From IMG/VR virus record IMGVR_UViG_3300027973_002218, positions 1,311 through 65,310 of that record: 64,000 nucleotides of DNA; one strand, given 5' to 3'. The notes beneath the pieces were generated by a model that made no database searches, had not been told where the DNA came from, and saw only the letters and a program-made list of their open reading frames with translations. This DNA comes from a virus. The translations under genes were made by a program, and so were the position numbers. This document shows positions 49,671 to 59,885 of this stretch, piece by piece; the first letter of the stretch is position 1; every line of letters starts with the position of its first letter.

Positions 49671-50144
49671 TTAAGTTTGTGGAGTTGGAGTAGGCGTTGG
49701 TGTTTCTTGTGTTGGTATTTCTTGTGTTGGTTGTGGTTGTTGTGTTTCTTGAGGTTGTTGATTATCAAATTTTGCATTGATAATTACACTGACCATACTT
49801 TTATCTCCGTTAAAATTATAATTAGGCTTTGGAGTATTGTAAACTTCACCTGTTGGTTTAATTGACAATATCTTGTCTAACCTAAAAATTCTCCATCCTG
49901 GTAATGGTTGTTCTCCCTTATATGCTGTGTGAGAAGCACCTTCATCATCCCAAGCTCTTAAAATCTTGTTGCCCGCTTTACTTGTTCCTAAGCAAACAGG
50001 TTCAATTTGTCTAATACCTCTACCACCTGGTTCATCACCATCATAATAGATAATCACTATCTGTCTTTTTTTAATGGCGTCAACAACACCATCGATAGAA
50101 GCGATTTCACATATTAGACCTTTAAGTGCTTGATTTAATTTCAT
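49671..50144 (-). CDS. stand-alone WYL-like domain protein
   Basis: Y...RQIEPVCL...LRAW...WRIFRLDKI pattern; Q/P/T tail. Confidence 0.65.
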   Translation of the reverse strand: MKLNQALKGLICEIASIDGVVDAIKKRQIVIIYYDGDEPGGRGIRQIEPVCLGTSKAGNKILRAWDDEGASHTAYKGEQPLPGWRIFRLDKILSIKPTGEVYNTPKPNYNFNGDKSMVSVIINAKFDNQQPQETQQPQPTQEIPTQETPTPTPTPQT

Positions 50145-50437
50145 TAAAAATTAGGATAAGTTTTTGATGAATTAAATTTGTTAATTTTGATTTCGTTTTT
50201 TCTTTCCATAACGTCGTCAATAGTTCCAGCGTTTACGTTGTAGACATCTAAGAAGGTACCTGTACCTCTACCCATAGAATCTCCGTCGGCAACAGCATCT
50301 CTGTTTACTGATGAATATTCATTACCTACAGCGTTATAGTCGTTTTTTGGTATTAATTTAGCTCTTTCCGCTTCAGCATAGGCTGTAAGTGCGTTTGGTT
50401 CGTTTTGAGATAAATCAACAATTAGTTCATTTGCCAT
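50144..50437 (-). CDS. hypothetical protein
   Basis: 97 aa ORF. Confidence 0.55.
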   Translation of the reverse strand: MANELIVDLSQNEPNALTAYAEAERAKLIPKNDYNAVGNEYSSVNRDAVADGDSMGRGTGTFLDVYNVNAGTIDDVMERKNEIKINKFNSSKTYPNF

Positions 50438-50439
50438 GA

Positions 50440-50916
50440 TTATAATTTTGAAATTAGTTCGTTTATTCTTTTTAGGCTTTCAGTTACCGCAGTATTATAT
50501 CTATAAACGGTACTGGTATGTTCTTGTGAAGGCCTTACATTATTAAAGTTTTTCTTTTCGTGAGGTTTTAAAAACTGATTTTGCATTCCTGCATTCATTT
50601 TATTTGTTTTGGTCATTTTTTCGTAATCTCTCATTTTCCTCAATTCATTTTCCACCCAATTTTTCATTACAACACCCCCATTTAAAATAAACGGAGCTTC
50701 ATTATGATTACCACTAAAATTATCAAAAAAGTTTTTAATCCTTTTTAATTGTTTGTATTCAATAAAATTTTGACCTTGTAGTTCTTGATTTCTATTAAAC
50801 CCTTCAATATTTTCATTGGCACCTTTAACCATACGGAAACATTTTTTCATGTGTTCCTGTTTGTCTTTAGGAAATTCAATTTCTCCTTTGGCCGAATTAT
50901 ATAGGTCCTTATTCAT
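50440..50916 (-). CDS. hypothetical protein
   Basis: 158 aa; C-terminal VTESLKRINELI. Confidence 0.55.
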   Translation of the reverse strand: MNKDLYNSAKGEIEFPKDKQEHMKKCFRMVKGANENIEGFNRNQELQGQNFIEYKQLKRIKNFFDNFSGNHNEAPFILNGGVVMKNWVENELRKMRDYEKMTKTNKMNAGMQNQFLKPHEKKNFNNVRPSQEHTSTVYRYNTAVTESLKRINELISKL

Positions 50917-50917
50917 A

Positions 50918-51733
50918 TTATTTTTTTAATTCTGTTCTTAGAAATTTAATCAAGTCATCAATTTGAAGACCTTGACGTTCTGCTTGTTTTTTTAAGTTAG
51001 CAATATTTCTTTTTAGAATTTTAAAATCGTCAACATTCTTTTCATTCACGTCACCATCTTCTGAAGATTTCTTATTTGCCAAAAGGTCCTCAACCATTTT
51101 GATTGCCTTTTGTTTTTGAATCTCAGATAATGTTGCTCTTGTGATAAAGTTTTTATCTTTATAGTATTTTGATTTTTTATCTTTCTTACCTGATGGGTCT
51201 TTACCTTGTTGCTTTGTTCTTTCTTTAGCATCATCAGGTTCCATTCCCATATCTTTAACCAAATATTTGTAAGTGTCTTCACCATCCATGTCTTCAGTTT
51301 CCTCATATCCAAACGCTCCTGACATGTCAATTTCTTTCATTTCACTTTCACCATAGTAAGTTCTATATCCACGAGAGATTGGGTCGTTTGTAATTCTTGA
51401 TGCCGCCACAGTTTGGTCCATAGTTTTTCTTGGGTGAAGCCTAGGGTCTAAAATAGGAATTGCAGAGTTTGACATTGCTCCGTCAGCATTAACCAGTTCT
51501 TCCAAATCTTTTTTTAAAGTTTTGGTATCCTTAATTTTTTTCTCTTTGGCAACTTTTTTTAAATGTTTTTTTACTTTCTCACCCTTACTTTTTTCGAAGT
51601 GAATTACCTCGTCTTTTTTGCGAGCTTCAGTTAAATTTCCTTCCACAGAGAAATATAAGGAATATTTACTCCCCTTGTCTCTTAAGAGAAAATAATATGG
51701 CGATGAATAAAATTCGGTATCTGTTGCAATCAT
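50918..51733 (-). CDS. hypothetical protein
   Basis: 271 aa, charged. Confidence 0.55.
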   Translation of the reverse strand: MIATDTEFYSSPYYFLLRDKGSKYSLYFSVEGNLTEARKKDEVIHFEKSKGEKVKKHLKKVAKEKKIKDTKTLKKDLEELVNADGAMSNSAIPILDPRLHPRKTMDQTVAASRITNDPISRGYRTYYGESEMKEIDMSGAFGYEETEDMDGEDTYKYLVKDMGMEPDDAKERTKQQGKDPSGKKDKKSKYYKDKNFITRATLSEIQKQKAIKMVEDLLANKKSSEDGDVNEKNVDDFKILKRNIANLKKQAERQGLQIDDLIKFLRTELKK

Positions 51734-51749
51734 CTGTTCTTTTTATCAT

Positions 51750-51776
51750 ATAAATACCACGACACAATGTATTTAT
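51750..51776. promoter_or_regulatory. divergent pair of TATTTAT putative late promoters
   Basis: ATAAATA at 51750-51756 (minus) and TATTTAT at 51770-51776 (plus) between divergent genes. Confidence 0.55.
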
Positions 51777-51785
51777 CATTAGTTT

Positions 51786-54209
51786 ATGGCATATCAAAAT
51801 ATAAATCAATATAATTTTAGACGATGGGGTATTAAACCTGTCAACGAAGTCACGGACATTTGTCTCGCGTCAGATGAGAAAGACTACGACCAAGAAGTTA
51901 TTTTTTCACCATTGTTAATTGGTGAGGATAATGGTAATAGAATGCCTTTTAAATTTGACTTTAATAGTTCAGGGACTACAAAATGTCAAACAAATTCGTG
52001 TACATTTGATGATGATACTATTGTATCTGAAAACTATTGGAATCCGACTGATACAGACCCTAATTTTTGTCTCATTGTTACTGAGTTATGTGATGTTGGT
52101 TTGACAGGTATTGACAATGGACTTGTTAAAAACATGTCAGGTGAGACTATTGAAATCACAACTGGTCTTTACGAAACAGAGTCAGACAGATTTAGTAGAT
52201 ATAAATATGATAGGAGAATGAAAATGCACCCTATCACTGGTTTCACAACTTCAGAAAATAGATTGTGGAACGACAACTCTTATACCTATGATATGTATTA
52301 CGCCACAGATGGTAATCCTGTGGGTTATTTTGCCAGATTAAACGGAGGGTTTTTTCAAGGTTTTTATAAGTTACCAGGATACGACTATCAGGTGTTCCCT
52401 CAAAGAGTATCGTTAGGGTGGACAGCTGAATTTATGTTAAGATACAGATGGACAGGAGATACTTCTGTCGGACTTAATTCAAGGTATCCTGATAATAAGG
52501 GAACCTTTTTCTACATGGGAGCGAGAGCCGAAAACAAATTCTATCACTATGCTGATGGTGAACCAAAACAAGATACAGGGTATACAAGAGTGACCTCAGG
52601 GTTAACTTGTATGCATACTTGTGGATGTGCAAGTACTGCGAATACTTCATCTGAATGTCTACAGGTGTATCAACCATCGGGAGGTACGATAACTCATTGT
52701 ACTTGTGGTTGCCCTTGTGATTGTGAGTCACATGCCAAATATCCTGAAAAGGACCCGTTATATGATGGTGTGTCAAATGCGTTGTCTTTAAGATTAAGTG
52801 GAGATACAGGTAGTCCAAGACTATGTGTTAAGACATATAGAATAACAGGAGGGTGTGAACATAGTGGAACTTGTCTTACAGGATTGACTTACCACACTGG
52901 AACATCTGTAACCGAATGGTGTTCTACGAGAGGAATATTTGATGATTGTAGTGGGACTACTTATCCTAACGTTGAACATTGGGTTCAAATAGATGCCGTA
53001 TTTCAAAGAAAGGAATGGTTTGATACCTGTGACCTATATGAAAAAGGAGGACTTGGTTTGTTAGTTGATGATGTATATTTTGCAACATTAGAGAATAGAA
53101 GTGTAACATTAGTTGAACCTCCAATAACACATGACCCAGGATATATTCCACCTTCAACAGAGGTTGTTACGTTTACTGATATTTGGACCGAAGAACAAAA
53201 ATATAGATTAGGTACTCTTAAGTTTTATGTTAATGGTAAATTATTTTTGGTGGCTGAAAATTTCGAGGAAATAATTCCAAGACTTCTTAATGTTGAAAAA
53301 GAAAAACAAATTGGAGTTGGATATAATATTTCAGTTGGTGGTGGTACTCAAGGTCTTCACGACAACTTAACATTCTCTGCAGGGTGTCCCGCAGAGTTAA
53401 GTGGTATTACATATCAACAAGACCCTGAATGTTTAACAGATTATGACTTAGAACATACTGAATACTCAGGTCTTACAACTCAAATAAGGTTAGAAGAAAT
53501 TTTTGGTGGTAGTATGATTGGTGATGTTAGTGCATTTAGAATGTATACAGAACCATTAAACGCTTCTCAAATTAGACATAACTTTAAATTATTAAAGAAT
53601 AGATATAATTTATTAGACCCTAATTGTCTTAATTGTAGAATTTTTATTCCAAACAACGACTTGTTGTATATCTCAGTACCGTGTAATGATTTAGGATATT
53701 TGATGGTACCATGTAATGATTTGTTTTCTTCTTTATACCCATGTCCAACATCAACCCCTACTAACACTCCAACTACCACATCAACACCAACAAATACATC
53801 AACCCCTACTAACACTGAAACTCCAACTTCTACGGCTACTGTTGGATTAACACCAACTGCAACAGAAACTCAAACACCAACTCCAACTGAAACACCTACC
53901 AACACACCTACTAATACGGAAACTCCTACTAATACACCAACTCAAACTCCAACTAATACAGAAACGCCTACTAATACTCCAACTAATACAGAAACTCCAA
54001 CTCCTACTACTACTGAAACAGAAACACCTACTCCAACTCCTACAATTACAGAAACACCAACTAATACTCCAACTGAAACCTTAACTCCAACAACAACTTC
54101 AACGCCTACTCCAACAGTAACACCCACTGAACCATACTTCTTATTATTTGAAGATGATTCAGTTGCTACCGCAGAAAATAACGATAATATTGAAATAGAT
54201 ATAACATAA
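51786..54209 (+). CDS. large virion fibre-like protein: Cys-rich LamG/ConA-like region plus Pro/Thr tract
   Basis: HWVQIDAVF...LKFYVNGKL...[13 protein letters not shown] resembles LamG; TPT tract ~53745-54134. Confidence 0.55.
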   Translation: MAYQNINQYNFRRWGIKPVNEVTDICLASDEKDYDQEVIFSPLLIGEDNGNRMPFKFDFNSSGTTKCQTNSCTFDDDTIVSENYWNPTDTDPNFCLIVTELCDVGLTGIDNGLVKNMSGETIEITTGLYETESDRFSRYKYDRRMKMHPITGFTTSENRLWNDNSYTYDMYYATDGNPVGYFARLNGGFFQGFYKLPGYDYQVFPQRVSLGWTAEFMLRYRWTGDTSVGLNSRYPDNKGTFFYMGARAENKFYHYADGEPKQDTGYTRVTSGLTCMHTCGCASTANTSSECLQVYQPSGGTITHCTCGCPCDCESHAKYPEKDPLYDGVSNALSLRLSGDTGSPRLCVKTYRITGGCEHSGTCLTGLTYHTGTSVTEWCSTRGIFDDCSGTTYPNVEHWVQIDAVFQRKEWFDTCDLYEKGGLGLLVDDVYFATLENRSVTLVEPPITHDPGYIPPSTEVVTFTDIWTEEQKYRLGTLKFYVNGKLFLVAENFEEIIPRLLNVEKEKQIGVGYNISVGGGTQGLHDNLTFSAGCPAELSGITYQQDPECLTDYDLEHTEYSGLTTQIRLEEIFGGSMIGDVSAFRMYTEPLNASQIRHNFKLLKNRYNLLDPNCLNCRIFIPNNDLLYISVPCNDLGYLMVPCNDLFSSLYPCPTSTPTNTPTTTSTPTNTSTPTNTETPTSTATVGLTPTATETQTPTPTETPTNTPTNTETPTNTPTQTPTNTETPTNTPTNTETPTPTTTETETPTPTPTITETPTNTPTETLTPTTTSTPTPTVTPTEPYFLLFEDDSVATAENNDNIEIDIT

Positions 54210-54222
54210 AAAATAGATTAAA

Positions 54223-54966
54223 ATGGCAAATACAAAAATCAGTGCATTACCACTATACACAGGAGACACCACGGGTGCTTATCTTGTTATGGATAATAGC
54301 GGTTTAACTGAAACTTTTAAAGTTTTAAAAGAAACATTAATAGGTTCTTCAGGAACATCAGGAACTAGCGGAACAGACGGTAGCTCAGGAACAAGTGGTT
54401 CATCGGGTTCAAGCGGAACATCAGGAACTAGCGGAATTAATGGTAGTTCTGGTACAAGCGGTTCATCAGGAACTAGCGGAATCTCAGGTTCTTCAGGAAC
54501 ATCTGGCTCAAGTGGAACTTCAGGAACAAGCGGTTCAAGTGGAACTTCAGGAACATCAGGCTCTTCAGGTAGTTCTGGTACAAGTGGAATTTCAGGTTTA
54601 TCTGGTTTTACAGGTAGTTGGACGGTGACTCCAGGAACTAATAACTACAGTTTTACAGTTGATATTAATGATACGTATAACTTATGGGTTCTTGGAAATA
54701 TACCAAATGGTATAATAGTTTATAATGCCACAGTAAGTGTTAGTAATACTAATGTACCAGTAATTGGTGTTCAGTATGCATGGAATTATACTGGTGGGGG
54801 TAGTCCAATATTGTTTACAAGTATACCTGCACAGATTATAGGAACTGCAGGTGCAATATCCACCGCTTCAACAGTTGTTACATCAACAAATACATTTGTA
54901 TTCGGTATTCAAAACAATACAGTATCAGGTGTTACGGTTAATTATGGATATTTGAAAATAAGTTAA
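54223..54966 (+). CDS. Gly-X-Y (GTS/GSS) repeat fibre protein
   Basis: 30 uninterrupted G-X-Y triplets at 54343-54612; N-terminal KISALP motif. Confidence 0.7.
   Translation: MANTKISALPLYTGDTTGAYLVMDNSGLTETFKVLKETLIGSSGTSGTSGTDGSSGTSGSSGSSGTSGTSGINGSSGTSGSSGTSGISGSSGTSGSSGTSGTSGSSGTSGTSGSSGSSGTSGISGLSGFTGSWTVTPGTNNYSFTVDINDTYNLWVLGNIPNGIIVYNATVSVSNTNVPVIGVQYAWNYTGGGSPILFTSIPAQIIGTAGAISTASTVVTSTNTFVFGIQNNTVSGVTVNYGYLKIS
54343..54612 (+). repeat. 9-bp-period Gly-Thr/Ser-Ser coding repeat
   Basis: read from the translation. Confidence 0.9.
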
Positions 54967-54967
54967 A

Positions 54968-55537
54968 ATGTATACAACCGACTGTAACTATTTTATTATA
55001 ACCAACTACAATAATGTCGAAGAAGGATATTATAGATGGACTGGTTGTACGGATATAATTAGTGTTTCACCAATTAACCCGTTAGAAGTACAATATGTTT
55101 GTGCTAAGGATTTAATTGTTGAAAGTTATGGAGCTCCTCTTACAATATCTTTAGTGGGCTTATGTCCTTCAACAACACCGACTCCAACCATTACGTCAAC
55201 ACCAACTCAAAGTTCTGTAACACCGACTCCAACCTCAACTTCTCCAACTCCAACACCTACAACAACACCAACGGTTACACCAACAACAGTTTATATGTAT
55301 AATTTAAGAACAGGTGGTTGGTATCAAAATGTCTGTCAATCTGTTAATATGATTGCAAATCCAGCAAACGTAACAATCTACATTCCAAAACTTTTTGAAA
55401 ATTTAGAAGTGGGTGATTATGTATATGGTAACCAATCTTTAACAATCCCTCCAATTAATGCCAATTTTACAATCTCAAACGGAGCTAAGTTTATTCAACT
55501 TAGCGGTAATCAAATTATTAATGTTGGGGTATGTTAA
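54968..55537 (+). CDS. Pro/Thr-linker virion protein with two Cys-bracketed modules
   Basis: TPT tract ~55166-55287. Confidence 0.6.
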   Translation: MYTTDCNYFIITNYNNVEEGYYRWTGCTDIISVSPINPLEVQYVCAKDLIVESYGAPLTISLVGLCPSTTPTPTITSTPTQSSVTPTPTSTSPTPTPTTTPTVTPTTVYMYNLRTGGWYQNVCQSVNMIANPANVTIYIPKLFENLEVGDYVYGNQSLTIPPINANFTISNGAKFIQLSGNQIINVGVC

Positions 55538-55570
55538 AAGATAAAATAAAATTTTTGAGTATTTATTAAC

Positions 55571-56680
55571 ATGGCAGATTGTGGTGTATTAATTTCAAGT
55601 GTAAGTTTAAGCGGATTAACAACCGAAGTTACGTTTCTTCCTCAAACAGGAGGGACTTCCGTTGACTTAGGTAATCAAGTTTTTCCATTTAGTTATGTTG
55701 CAGATTATTATTACGGAACATATAATTGTTACGTTCCATTATATGCTTACACATATAGTATATCGATATTAGGACCAACACCAACACCAACACCAACACC
55801 AACTGAAACTTCTCCAACACCAACGGTAACATCAACTCCAACGGTGACTCCAACTAATACTCCAACTAATACAGGAACTCCAACTAATACTCCAAGTACA
55901 ACTCCTACAAACACCACAACTAGTACACAAACACCAACAGTAACACCTACTAATACCTTAACTCCTACTAATACAGAAACGCCAACTAATACTCCAAATC
56001 AAACACAGACTCCAACTCAAACCGCAACTCCAACAGTAACTCCTTCAGGAGTTATATTATATGAATTTAGTTGTTTAAGTGGAGGAACAAGTCCATACGA
56101 TGCGTGTAACGGTTCAGATAGCACCTCTATATATGGTGTAGAACAAATTTTTGACCAAAATAGTTATTTCTTTAATACGTCAAATGGCGGAATCATTGGA
56201 AATATTGCAGGATATTATAATTATTTAGGAGTTTTGGTTGAACTTGATTTGTCTGGTAATACAGTTGGATATTTCACCCTTTGTTCTTTATTACCAACAA
56301 GTACTCCAACTCCAACTAATACATCAACGCCAACTAACACTCCAACCAATACTGAAACGCCAACTAACACTCCGACTAATACTCAAACTCCAACCAACAC
56401 ACAAACTTCAACAAATACTCAAACTCCAACCAATACTCAAACTCCAACCAACACTCAAACTTCAACTAACACTCCAACTCAAACACAAACACCGTCAGGT
56501 CCTTTATGTAAAAGATATGCATTTTATGGCGGAACTACTGACACTCTTTTTGTTGGTAAAGATTGTAGTGGGTTTGATTATAGCTTCACAGTTCTTGGTG
56601 GCGACACAGATGTTACTTGTGTTAGTACTTATATAATTGTAAGTGGAGATGGATTTGTGACATACATAAATCCTTGTTAA
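55571..56680 (+). CDS. Pro/Thr-repeat virion protein with three modules
   Basis: TPT tracts ~55775-56047 and ~56294-56497. Confidence 0.6.
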   Translation: MADCGVLISSVSLSGLTTEVTFLPQTGGTSVDLGNQVFPFSYVADYYYGTYNCYVPLYAYTYSISILGPTPTPTPTPTETSPTPTVTSTPTVTPTNTPTNTGTPTNTPSTTPTNTTTSTQTPTVTPTNTLTPTNTETPTNTPNQTQTPTQTATPTVTPSGVILYEFSCLSGGTSPYDACNGSDSTSIYGVEQIFDQNSYFFNTSNGGIIGNIAGYYNYLGVLVELDLSGNTVGYFTLCSLLPTSTPTPTNTSTPTNTPTNTETPTNTPTNTQTPTNTQTSTNTQTPTNTQTPTNTQTSTNTPTQTQTPSGPLCKRYAFYGGTTDTLFVGKDCSGFDYSFTVLGGDTDVTCVSTYIIVSGDGFVTYINPC

Positions 56681-56749
56681 GAAATAAAATAAGATTACTT
56701 TATAAAATTAGAGAAAATCGTAGTATTTATTAGATAAATAACATTTAAG

Positions 56750-57796
56750 ATGGCATGTAGCAAATATACCTTAACAAATACAGGTTCCACAATTGTGAAC
56801 TTTAATTATAGAAGATGTGATGACTCTCTTTGGGAGTATCAAGTTGAATTAAATCCAAATCAAACAAAGAATATTTGGGTAATTAACGGGACATATACAA
56901 TTTCTCCTGTTTATACTAGTTCAGTTTCTTTGATTAATCAAGGAGCTTTCCCGCCAATTAGTGAAACCGCGACTCCAACACCAACTCCAAGTGTTACTCC
57001 AAGTAATACTCCAACAGGAACTGCTGCTGTGACTCCGACTCCAACTAATACTCAAACACCAACTAATACATCAACTCCTACAAATACACCAACAGGAACT
57101 GCTGCTGTGACTCCGACTCCAACTAATACAGGCACTGCCGCTGTAACTCCAACTCCAACTCCAAGTATTACACCAAGTCAAACACCAACAGATACACCAT
57201 CATCAACATCAACTCCAACACCAACATTGTCTCGTATATTATTTAGTAGCGTTTATTCTGGTTCGACTAGTTTAAATGCTTGTGGAAATATTGGAGGTTC
57301 ATTAATCAATGTGTATGGTAATAATTCTAGTTTTGATTTAGTAAACAATTTCAGTCTTAATATCGACGGGTCATCTCCTGCAGGAGCAGGATATTTGGAA
57401 TATAACAACTACGTAGTTGAAATTCAATCTGATGGTGATGTAGTTGCATTTTCTTACACTCTTTGTCCTACTTTAACACCTACTCCAACAAATACACCTA
57501 CAAATACACAAACTCCAACACATACACCATCGCCCACACCAACAAGAACTTATTATCAATATAGTTTAGGTACAGGTAGTACAGCAAACTTAGCTTGTAT
57601 TGATTTCAGTGGAGCACCTAACACAATCTACGGAACTGTATCAGGAGGAATTGGTCCAAATGTTGGAGAATTCTTATACTACAACTCAGGTTTATCAACA
57701 CCAGTTATAAATGGTTATTATTCAAATGGAACTGCGGTATATCTAGTTACAGGTGGTTCAGGTGAGATTACAGGTGTCGACCCATCAGGTTGTTAA
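56750..57796 (+). CDS. Pro/Thr-repeat virion protein with three modules
   Basis: TPT tracts ~56966-57226 and ~57467-57544. Confidence 0.6.
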   Translation: MACSKYTLTNTGSTIVNFNYRRCDDSLWEYQVELNPNQTKNIWVINGTYTISPVYTSSVSLINQGAFPPISETATPTPTPSVTPSNTPTGTAAVTPTPTNTQTPTNTSTPTNTPTGTAAVTPTPTNTGTAAVTPTPTPSITPSQTPTDTPSSTSTPTPTLSRILFSSVYSGSTSLNACGNIGGSLINVYGNNSSFDLVNNFSLNIDGSSPAGAGYLEYNNYVVEIQSDGDVVAFSYTLCPTLTPTPTNTPTNTQTPTHTPSPTPTRTYYQYSLGTGSTANLACIDFSGAPNTIYGTVSGGIGPNVGEFLYYNSGLSTPVINGYYSNGTAVYLVTGGSGEITGVDPSGC

Positions 57797-57820
57797 AAAT
57801 AATTAAAAATAATATATTTC

Positions 57821-57852
57821 AAAAAACCCTCTACTTTTGTGGAGGGTTTTTT
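57821..57852 (+). terminator. intrinsic terminator
   Basis: AAAAAACCCTCTAC-tttt-GTGGAGGGTTTTTT. Confidence 0.85.
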
Positions 57853-57876
57853 ATTTTTAATACAAAATAGACATTA

Positions 57877-59142
57877 ATGAAAATATTCGTTCAAATTGCG
57901 TCTTACAGAGACCCACAGTTAATACCAACAATAAAAGACATGTTGGAAAACGCCAAGAAACCTAAAAATTTAGTATTCTCAATTGCAAGACAATTCGCAG
58001 AGGAAGACGGGTTTGATAACTTAGATGAATATAGAGACGACAAAAGATTTAAAATCTTAGACATTCCATATCAAGATGCAAAAGGAGTTTGTTGGGCAAG
58101 AAACCTAACACAACAACTTTATGATGGAGAATCATATACATTACAAATTGACTCTCACATGAGATTTGTTAAAGATTGGGATGATATCCTAATCAAGATG
58201 ATAAAGGGTCTACAAAAGGATGGGTACAAGAAACCTCTACTTACGGGATATGTACCTTCCTTTGACCCTGATAACGAACCAGCAGGTAGAGCACAAGATG
58301 CTTGGAGAATGGCCTTTGATAGATTCATTCCTGAAGGTGCGGTATTCTTCTTACCTGAAACAATTCCAGGTTGGAGAGAAATGAAAAAACCTGTTACGTC
58401 AAGATTCTATTCAGCTCACTTCTGTTTTACATTAGGAGAGTTTTCAAAAGAAGTTCAACATAACCCTGAATACTACTTTCATGGTGAAGAGATTTCAATT
58501 GCAGCAAGAGCATACACATGGGGTTACGATTTATTCCACCCACACATTCCTGTAGTTTATCACGAGTACACTCGTAAAGGTAGAACAAAACAATGGGATG
58601 ATGATAAAACTTGGGGTCAAAAAAATACTCACTCTCACTTAACAAATAGAAAATTATTTGGTATGGATGGTGAAACTCAAGTAGGCCATGATGGGCAATA
58701 CGGATTTGGTACTGTTAGAACTCTAAGAGAATACGAGAAGTATTCAGGTTTATTATTTGAAAAAAGAGCGGTAGACAAACATTGTTTGGACAAACAATAT
58801 CCACCAAGTCCTTATAATTTTGAAACTGAAGAGGATTGGAAAAATTCATTCTCAACTATATTCAAACATTGTATTGATATTGGATACTCACAAGTTACTG
58901 AAACTGATTATGATTTTTGGGTTGTTGCATTCCATAATGGTTCGGATGAAACATTATATAGAAAAGATGCCGACAAGAATGAAATTGCAGGATTTATGAG
59001 AGACCCTGACAAGTATTGTAAAGTTTGGAGAGAATTCCCAACAACAGAATTACCTTCTTACTGGGTAGTTTGGCCTCACTCAGAATCAAAAGGATGGTGT
59101 GATAGGATAACTGGCCAATTAAATCACAATGTTGTTAGTTAA
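57877..59142 (+). CDS. GT60-like polypeptide/hydroxyproline O-GlcNAc transferase (Skp1 Gnt1 type)
   Basis: IFVQIASYRD, GVCWAR, LQIDSHMRF..DWD, FHGEEI...R.YT.GYD.FHP. Confidence 0.82.
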   Translation: MKIFVQIASYRDPQLIPTIKDMLENAKKPKNLVFSIARQFAEEDGFDNLDEYRDDKRFKILDIPYQDAKGVCWARNLTQQLYDGESYTLQIDSHMRFVKDWDDILIKMIKGLQKDGYKKPLLTGYVPSFDPDNEPAGRAQDAWRMAFDRFIPEGAVFFLPETIPGWREMKKPVTSRFYSAHFCFTLGEFSKEVQHNPEYYFHGEEISIAARAYTWGYDLFHPHIPVVYHEYTRKGRTKQWDDDKTWGQKNTHSHLTNRKLFGMDGETQVGHDGQYGFGTVRTLREYEKYSGLLFEKRAVDKHCLDKQYPPSPYNFETEEDWKNSFSTIFKHCIDIGYSQVTETDYDFWVVAFHNGSDETLYRKDADKNEIAGFMRDPDKYCKVWREFPTTELPSYWVVWPHSESKGWCDRITGQLNHNVVS

Positions 59143-59885
59143 TGAAATTTAGTGAAATCCCTAAGTTTATTGTAAATTTGGATAGACGACCTGATAGGTT
59201 AGAAGAAATTACAAAGGAAATGAATTATCTCGGATGGGATTTTGAAAGATTTCCTGCGATAGATACTAATTCTTATATGGGTATAACCAAATCAACTTTT
59301 GAAATTATTAAGATTGCAAAAGAAAGAAGTTATCCTCGTGTAATGATTATTGAGGATGATTGTGGTGTTATGCCTTACGCAAAAGACCTACTTCAAAAAA
59401 TAGAAGACACTTGTCCTGATTTAGAATTTGCAATGTTTAATTTAGGGCCAACTCAAAATAGAGATATTAATGTTAGTGATAAATGTAATTTATTATTAGA
59501 TATGACTAATTTACCTGAAGCGGATGAAAACGCTCGTGGTATCTACGCAGCTAATATGGTTATATATGATGAATCTATCTACGATTCTATTTTTGATATT
59601 GCGTTAACAGCATTTACAAGTGGAGATTATTTTCACGCCTTAGATGATTATACTTTTAAATTTATAGTTCAGAAACATCAAAGTTACTGTCCAATTTTAC
59701 CAATAGCACCACAGAAAGCTGGTTATTCAAACATATCTGAAGGTATGTATAGTAATTGGTACATGCAAACCTATAATTGGAATAGGTGGTGTCCAACTAA
59801 AATCCCTAGAGAATTTATGGACCAATATAAAGTTCAAGAAATGAAAGATAACGGGGAACATAAAGAATTTTATTATGTCAGTTAA
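59142..59885 (+). CDS. GT25-like glycosyltransferase
   Basis: VNLDRRPDR, FERFPAID, IIEDD. Confidence 0.75.
   Translation: MKFSEIPKFIVNLDRRPDRLEEITKEMNYLGWDFERFPAIDTNSYMGITKSTFEIIKIAKERSYPRVMIIEDDCGVMPYAKDLLQKIEDTCPDLEFAMFNLGPTQNRDINVSDKCNLLLDMTNLPEADENARGIYAANMVIYDESIYDSIFDIALTAFTSGDYFHALDDYTFKFIVQKHQSYCPILPIAPQKAGYSNISEGMYSNWYMQTYNWNRWCPTKIPREFMDQYKVQEMKDNGEHKEFYYVS

Noticed and set aside
57832-57839. TACTTTTG (TAnnTTTG match) upstream of the GT60 gene
   Set aside because: Lies in the terminator stem-loop with no -33 element; could be chance, though the promoter for the GT60 block remains unidentified
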